DNA from: Candidatus Electronema halotolerans
Lineage (GTDB): Bacteria > Desulfobacterota > Desulfobulbia > Desulfobulbales > Desulfobulbaceae
Direction: 5' to 3'
Assembly (NCBI GenBank): GCA_942493095.1
Contig: OW818675.1
Coordinates: 210,001 to 242,000, forward strand
Length of the DNA stretch: 32,000 bases
Part shown: in pieces, positions 27,659 to 32,000 of the stretch
Layout: each line of letters begins with the position of its first letter
How positions within the stretch are numbered: the first letter of the stretch is position 1
Notes under the pieces: model-generated
What the model was told of the DNA's origin: nothing
The model's database searches: none
What the model saw: only the letters and a program-made list of their open reading frames with translations
Position numbers and translations under genes: made by a program

Positions 27659-28807
27659 ATGAAAGTCCTTTTTTTTGCAACATTCGATGGATTTCTCAGC
27701 AAATTCTGTCTTCCCCTTGCTCGTTCATTACGAGATCGGCATATTGAAGTTGTCCTGATGTCACCGCCCGGTGATTATGTTTCCCATTTCAAAGAGGAAG
27801 GGTTCAGATGGCTGCCGCTGCCCATGAAGCGATCCAGTCTGAATCCGCTGCGCGAGCTTTTTGTGCTGCATTCTCTTTACGCTGCCTGCCGACAGGAAGC
27901 CCCTGCTGCTGTGCATAGTTTCACTGTCAAGGCTGTTATTTATGGCGGAATGGCAGCTCAGGCAGCAAGAGTGAAAAAAAGAATACATGCTGTCACCGGC
28001 ATGGGCTATGTGTTCAGCAGCTCTTCGTGCAGAGCCAGTCTTCTGCGTCCCGCAGTCAAGGCATTGCTCAGGCTGGCATTGCGGGGTAAGGAGAGCCTTC
28101 TGATAGTCCAGAATCCTGATGACAGGCAGTTGTTCATTGACAGCAAGTTAATTTCGCCGAGCAATATCCATCTGATCAGGGCATCAGGCTCAGGTGTGGA
28201 TGCTGATTATTTCAAACCTGCGCGGCAGCAGCGCAGCGGCAAATTTAAAGTCTTGCTGGCGGCCCGACTGCTGCGGGAAAAAGGTGTCAAAGTATATGCG
28301 GAAGCAGCCGCCTTGCTGGCGCATCGGGCCGAACAAGTGGAGTTTCTGCTTGCAGGCGCGCCTGATTATGGCAATCCCGGTTCGCTCACCAATGCTGAAA
28401 TAAAGGAGATTGAGCAGGCCGGTCACGTCACTGTGCTGGGGCATGTTGCTGACATGCGTCGGCTGCTGAACGAGGTTGATCTCTTTGTCCTGCCCAGTTA
28501 TTACAGGGAAGGAGTGCCGCAGGTTCTGCTGGAAGCGGCTTCCATGTCTCTGCCGCTCATAACCACAGATGCGCCGGGATGCCGAGAAACAGTGGATGAG
28601 GGAATTAACGGTTTTTTGGTGCCAGTGCGGAATGCGGTGGCAGTTGCTGAAAAAATTGAATATTTGCTTGATCATCCTGAACTGTGCCTTGCCTTTGGCA
28701 AAGCTGGCAGAGAAAAAGTGCTGCAAGAGTTTGATCAGAGAATTATTCTTCGGCAGACACTGGAAGTGTATCGTTCTTTGGAATTGACTTGCAATGAGCA
28801 TTCCTAA
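27659..28807 (+). CDS. Glycosyltransferase family 4
   Basis: VHSFTVKAVIYGGMAAQAARVKKRIHAVTGMGYVFSSSS...VDLFVLPSYYREGVPQVLLEAASMSLPLITTDAPGCRETVDEGINGFLVPVRNA. TTG 27653 also possible. Confidence 0.92.
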   Translation: MKVLFFATFDGFLSKFCLPLARSLRDRHIEVVLMSPPGDYVSHFKEEGFRWLPLPMKRSSLNPLRELFVLHSLYAACRQEAPAAVHSFTVKAVIYGGMAAQAARVKKRIHAVTGMGYVFSSSSCRASLLRPAVKALLRLALRGKESLLIVQNPDDRQLFIDSKLISPSNIHLIRASGSGVDADYFKPARQQRSGKFKVLLAARLLREKGVKVYAEAAALLAHRAEQVEFLLAGAPDYGNPGSLTNAEIKEIEQAGHVTVLGHVADMRRLLNEVDLFVLPSYYREGVPQVLLEAASMSLPLITTDAPGCRETVDEGINGFLVPVRNAVAVAEKIEYLLDHPELCLAFGKAGREKVLQEFDQRIILRQTLEVYRSLELTCNEHS

Positions 28808-29918
28808 TCTGCACCCTGAAACTGCCGACCTGCTGCGCCGAGTATTCAGCGGACAAGCCACGCTTTGGCCTGCTGATTTGTCGGCAGAGGTCTTTTTCCA
28901 AGAAACCGCCGGGCAGGGCATGGCACCGCTGCTATTTCGCAGAATCAGCAAGCAAAATTGCTCTGACTGGTCATCCGACTTGCTGGCCCGCTTAAAAGAA
29001 ACCGCCCTGCGTCAAGCAGCAGCGGAAATGCTCTTGGAAGCTGATCTCCGTACCCTGCTGCAAGCCTTTGCTCAAGCAGGAATCCAGCCGCTGCTGCTCA
29101 AAGGCACGGCTTTGGCCTACAATCTCTATCCTGAACCGTGGCTGCGGCCCCGCTGCGACACGGATTTGCTCGTTGCCGAAGCTGAACGGGAAAAGGCGGC
29201 AGCCTTGCTGCAAGGCATGGGATACGCGCCATTGCTTGAGGAGAACATGGACTATGTCAGCGCGCAAAAGAGCTATTCCAAAACCGGGCCGGGCATCCGC
29301 TTCAGCTATGACCTGCACTGGCAGATCAGCAATACCAACCGCCAATTCAGCCGCAGCTTTGCTGATGAGCACCTCATTGCCGCCGCAGTCCCTGTTCCAG
29401 CTTTGGGCGAACACGCCCGGACATTGAGCAAGATTGACAGCCTGCTCTACGCCTGTTTTCATCGGGCCGGGCATTTTTCCCACAGCGGCGACCGGCTGAT
29501 CTGGCTGCATGACATCCATCTGCTCTGCCAATCGCTGACTGATGAAGAAGCCAAGACATTCTGCGCCAAGGCAAAGCGGCTGGAAATAACAGCCTTGTGC
29601 GCTGATGCAATTGCCGTGACCAAATCGTGGTTCAATACAGAATTATCAGCGCGGCTGGCGGCTCTGACGCAGGAAAAAACAGATAAGGAAACCTTTGCCT
29701 CACTGCTCAAGCCGGGCGGCAGACAGGTCGGCATCAAACATCACGCCCTGCTGGAACTGAAAGCACTGCCCACATGGCGAGAACGCAGCCGTTTTCTCTT
29801 CCAGAATGCCTTTCCGCCGCCGGAATTCATGCGCTGGCGATACAACGAGACATCGCCCCTGCCGCTTCTCTACCTCAAACGTTTCGCCGAAGCAGTGTAT
29901 ATTTTTCTGAAAAGATAG
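28794..29918 (+). CDS. Nucleotidyltransferase family protein (NTP_transf_5-like)
   Basis: GIQPLLLKGTALAYNLYPEPWLRPRCDTDLLVAEAEREKAAALLQGMGY...YDLHWQISNTNRQF; 14-nt overlap with the upstream glycosyltransferase. Confidence 0.82.
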   Translation: MSIPNLHPETADLLRRVFSGQATLWPADLSAEVFFQETAGQGMAPLLFRRISKQNCSDWSSDLLARLKETALRQAAAEMLLEADLRTLLQAFAQAGIQPLLLKGTALAYNLYPEPWLRPRCDTDLLVAEAEREKAAALLQGMGYAPLLEENMDYVSAQKSYSKTGPGIRFSYDLHWQISNTNRQFSRSFADEHLIAAAVPVPALGEHARTLSKIDSLLYACFHRAGHFSHSGDRLIWLHDIHLLCQSLTDEEAKTFCAKAKRLEITALCADAIAVTKSWFNTELSARLAALTQEKTDKETFASLLKPGGRQVGIKHHALLELKALPTWRERSRFLFQNAFPPPEFMRWRYNETSPLPLLYLKRFAEAVYIFLKR

Positions 29919-29925
29919 ACCTCGT

Positions 29926-29961
29926 CTGAGTAGGGGCGAAAAATTTTTCGCCCCTACTCAG
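29926..29961. repeat. Perfect 36-bp palindrome; possible terminator or dispersed repeat
   Basis: CTGAGTAGGGGCGAAAAA|TTTTTCGCCCCTACTCAG, uninterrupted 18-bp arms, starting 8 nt after the stop codon at 29918; a 7-T run follows at 29970-29976. Confidence 0.9.
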
Positions 29962-30037
29962 CCATACCCTTTTTTTCCCGCAGCAGGTATAATGGACGGA
30001 CTGTTTTCTGATTTTCCTTTTTAACAAGACCAAGATT

Positions 30038-30811
30038 ATGAATTTGCAGCAGGATTTGCAGCAGCGGCTGCGGCAGAAGCCCGTTCTTCTCATGACCCAT
30101 CTGGTGCTCGGCTATCCTTCGCTGGCCGTCAACCGCGAAGTCATTCAGCAGATGGCGGAGAACGGCGTTGATTGCATTGAACTTCAGATTCCTTTTTCTG
30201 AGCCAATGGCGGACGGGCCGGTGATTCTCAAGGCCAATCAGGACGCGCTGGCCGCAGGCATCAAGGTGCGGGACTGCCTTGCCTTTGCCGCTGAGATGGC
30301 GCAGGCGTTTCCGCAGGTCAATTTTCTCTTCATGACCTATTGCAACATCGCCTTCCGCTATGGCATGGCTAAGTTTATTCGGCAGGCGGCAAAGATCGGC
30401 ATAAAGGGCTGCATCATTCCCGACCTGCCGCCGGAAGAGGGCGAGGACTATCTGCGCCTGACCAAGGAGAACGGTTTGGCTGCTGTCATGTTCTTCACGC
30501 CGACCTCGACAGATGCGCGGATGGCCGAAACAGCAGGGCAGGGCGGCGGCTTCATCTACTGCGTGGCCCGCAAAGGCGTGACTGGCCAGCGCACTGAGAT
30601 GGACAGCAGCCTTACCGCCTATCTGAGCCGTTGCCGCAAGGCCACTGATTTGCCCTTGGCAGTCGGTTTCGGCATTGCCAGCCGCGAAGACGTGGCCATG
30701 CTGGAGGGCAGAGCGGACATGGCCGTGATCGGTACGGCCACGATCAAATTGGTTGATCGGGAAGGCCCGTTCGCCGTCGGGCCGTTCATCCGCTCCTTAG
30801 CTGGAGCCTGA
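30038..30811 (+). CDS. trpA: Tryptophan synthase alpha chain
   Basis: FLMTYCNIAFRYG...GIKGCIIPDLPPEEGEDYLRLTKENGLAAVMFFTPTSTDARMAETAGQGGGFIYCVARKGVTG; GDP-binding-like AVGFGIASRE. Confidence 0.97.
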   Translation: MNLQQDLQQRLRQKPVLLMTHLVLGYPSLAVNREVIQQMAENGVDCIELQIPFSEPMADGPVILKANQDALAAGIKVRDCLAFAAEMAQAFPQVNFLFMTYCNIAFRYGMAKFIRQAAKIGIKGCIIPDLPPEEGEDYLRLTKENGLAAVMFFTPTSTDARMAETAGQGGGFIYCVARKGVTGQRTEMDSSLTAYLSRCRKATDLPLAVGFGIASREDVAMLEGRADMAVIGTATIKLVDREGPFAVGPFIRSLAGA

Positions 30812-30823
30812 GCCTGATCGTCC

Positions 30824-31681
30824 ATGTTGGAGAAAATCAGCACCATGCTTGAAATGATCAAGTTCAAGCATACGGTCTTTGCCATGCCCTTTGCCCTGAC
30901 CGGGACCTTTCTCGCTGTCCGGGGCATTCCCTCGCTCTGGGTCTTCTTCTGGGTGATCATGGCCATGATTGGGGCGCGCACTGCGGCCATGACCTTCAAC
31001 CGCATTGTTGATCGTCGTTTTGATGCAGCCAATCCCCGCACCAGCCAGCGGGCTATTCCGACAGGACAGGTTTCTTTGAGCGAATCTTGGCTCTTGGTTG
31101 CCGCCTCCTCAGCCCTGTTCTTTCTCGCCTGCTGGATGCTCAACAGCTTGGCTTTGCAGATAGCCCCCTTTGCCTTGGCCCTGACCTTTTTCTATTCGCT
31201 GACCAAACGCTTCACGTGGCTCTGTCACGTGGTGCTCGGCATAGCCTTGGCCTTTTCACCATTGGGCGGCTGGGTCGCAGCCGCAGGCAGTCTGAGCGGC
31301 TATCCGTGGCTGCTGTCGCTCGGCGTGCTCTTCTGGGTCGCAGGTTTTGATGTGGTTTATGCCACCCAAGATGCGGAATTTGACCGGCAGGCTGGGCTGT
31401 ATTCCATGCCTGCCTCGCTGGGCCGGAAAAACGCTTTCCGGCTGGCAATCACCTTCCATGCCCTCGCCTTTATCCTCTTCACCCTGACCGGCCTGCATCA
31501 GCAGCTTAATTTTATTTATTATCTCGGCATTACCCTGACCGGGACTGCCCTGTTCTACCAGCACCTGATCGTCAATCCCAGAGACTTGTCCAATATTCAA
31601 GTGTCCTTTTTCTCCATGAATGGCTTCATCTCCCTGACCCTGTTCATTGCGGTCTGCCTGTCCCTGCTGCTGGCGGGCTGA
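30824..31681 (+). CDS. ubiA: UbiA-family prenyltransferase (4-hydroxybenzoate polyprenyltransferase-like)
   Basis: MIKFKHTVFAMPFALTGTFLA...NRIVDRRFDAANPRTSQRAIPTGQVS...YSLTKRFTWLCHVVLGIALAFSPLGGWVA...DVVYATQDAEFDRQAGLYSMPASLG. Confidence 0.92.
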   Translation: MLEKISTMLEMIKFKHTVFAMPFALTGTFLAVRGIPSLWVFFWVIMAMIGARTAAMTFNRIVDRRFDAANPRTSQRAIPTGQVSLSESWLLVAASSALFFLACWMLNSLALQIAPFALALTFFYSLTKRFTWLCHVVLGIALAFSPLGGWVAAAGSLSGYPWLLSLGVLFWVAGFDVVYATQDAEFDRQAGLYSMPASLGRKNAFRLAITFHALAFILFTLTGLHQQLNFIYYLGITLTGTALFYQHLIVNPRDLSNIQVSFFSMNGFISLTLFIAVCLSLLLAG

Positions 31682-31801
31682 ACCCTCATCGCCGGGCAGA
31701 ACTTGGCCGGTCAGGCCTTCTTCATATCTTCCCTTGAAAGTCTGCTCAATATAGGATAGGCTTGACAAAATTTTATTGAAACAGTCCAGCGACGCAAAAA
31801 G

Positions 31802-32000
31802 ATGAAACCTGATTTTCTTGAATATGTTCATAACCATGTGGTGCTGGGTGACGGTGCCCTTGGTTCCTATCTCTTTGAGCAGGGCGTGGAGCGGGGCCGC
31901 AATCTGGACCTGCTCAATCTGCAAGCCCCGGAAACCGTGCTGGCCGCTCACGAGGAATACATTCGGGCTGGCAGCCAGCTCATTGAGAGCAACACCTTTG
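31802..32000 (+). CDS. Homocysteine S-methyltransferase N-terminus (partial, runs off the right edge)
   Basis: MKPDFLEYVHNHVVLGDGALGSYLFEQGVERGRNLDLLNLQAPETVLAAHEEYIRAGSQLIESNTF: DGALG and the LIETNTF-like motif. Confidence 0.85.
   Translation, partial: MKPDFLEYVHNHVVLGDGALGSYLFEQGVERGRNLDLLNLQAPETVLAAHEEYIRAGSQLIESNTF

Noticed and set aside
29988-29993. TATAAT hexamer upstream of trpA as a promoter
   Set aside because: A perfect -10 match, but the hexamer 17 bp upstream (TACCCT) is a poor -35 and there is no extended -10, so I left it unannotated.
30619-31143. Minus strand ORFs over trpA/UbiA (also 31256-31951)
   Set aside because: Shadow ORFs opposite strongly supported + strand genes; low-complexity translations.
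31762-31767. TTGACA upstream of the homocysteine methyltransferase
   Set aside because: A perfect -35-like hexamer, but the sequence at correct spacing (TCCAGC) does not resemble a -10.
1-32000. CRISPR arrays, tRNA or rRNA genes
   Set aside because: No regularly spaced repeat family, no cloverleaf-like sequence and no conserved rRNA segments recognised on reading; intergenic space is very limited.

Overview
The window is mostly a ~24 kb, almost entirely + strand surface-polysaccharide (O-antigen/capsule type) biosynthesis locus at about 3.2-27.6 kb. It contains wecB, a DegT/StrS aminotransferase, ATP-grasp, Gfo/Idh/MocA oxidoreductases, an FkbM methyltransferase, a WecF-like transferase, a flippase, a candidate polymerase, several glycosyltransferases, gmd, a WbpL/WecA-type initiating transferase, a GlmU-like acyltransferase, a cupin, a C-methyltransferase, a PIG-L deacetylase and a FlaA1/WbpM-type dehydratase. 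A GT4 glycosyltransferase and a nucleotidyltransferase-family protein follow, then housekeeping genes (trpA, a UbiA-family prenyltransferase, start of a homocysteine S-methyltransferase). The left edge (0.7-3.1 kb) is accessory: a decayed MntA/HepT (MNT-HEPN) pair, an intact divergent MNT-HEPN pair, and an Rpn/PD-(D/E)XK-like protein whose first catalytic Asp appears to be Gly. The clearest non-coding feature is a 198-bp MITE-like element (12336-12533) with perfect 16-bp terminal inverted repeats starting GTAA and an exact 8-bp target duplication (IS66-like hallmarks), 18 bp upstream of a glycosyltransferase start codon. A perfect 36-bp palindrome at 29926-29961 shares an 11-bp core with those terminal repeats. 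The locus also has a truncated epimerase and a GlmU-like protein with a degenerate uridylyltransferase half. I found no CRISPR array, tRNA or rRNA. No wholly new defence system can be supported from sequence alone. The best novelty candidates are the divergent MNT-HEPN pair, the MITE, and a putative branched (C-methyl) N-acylamino-sugar module.
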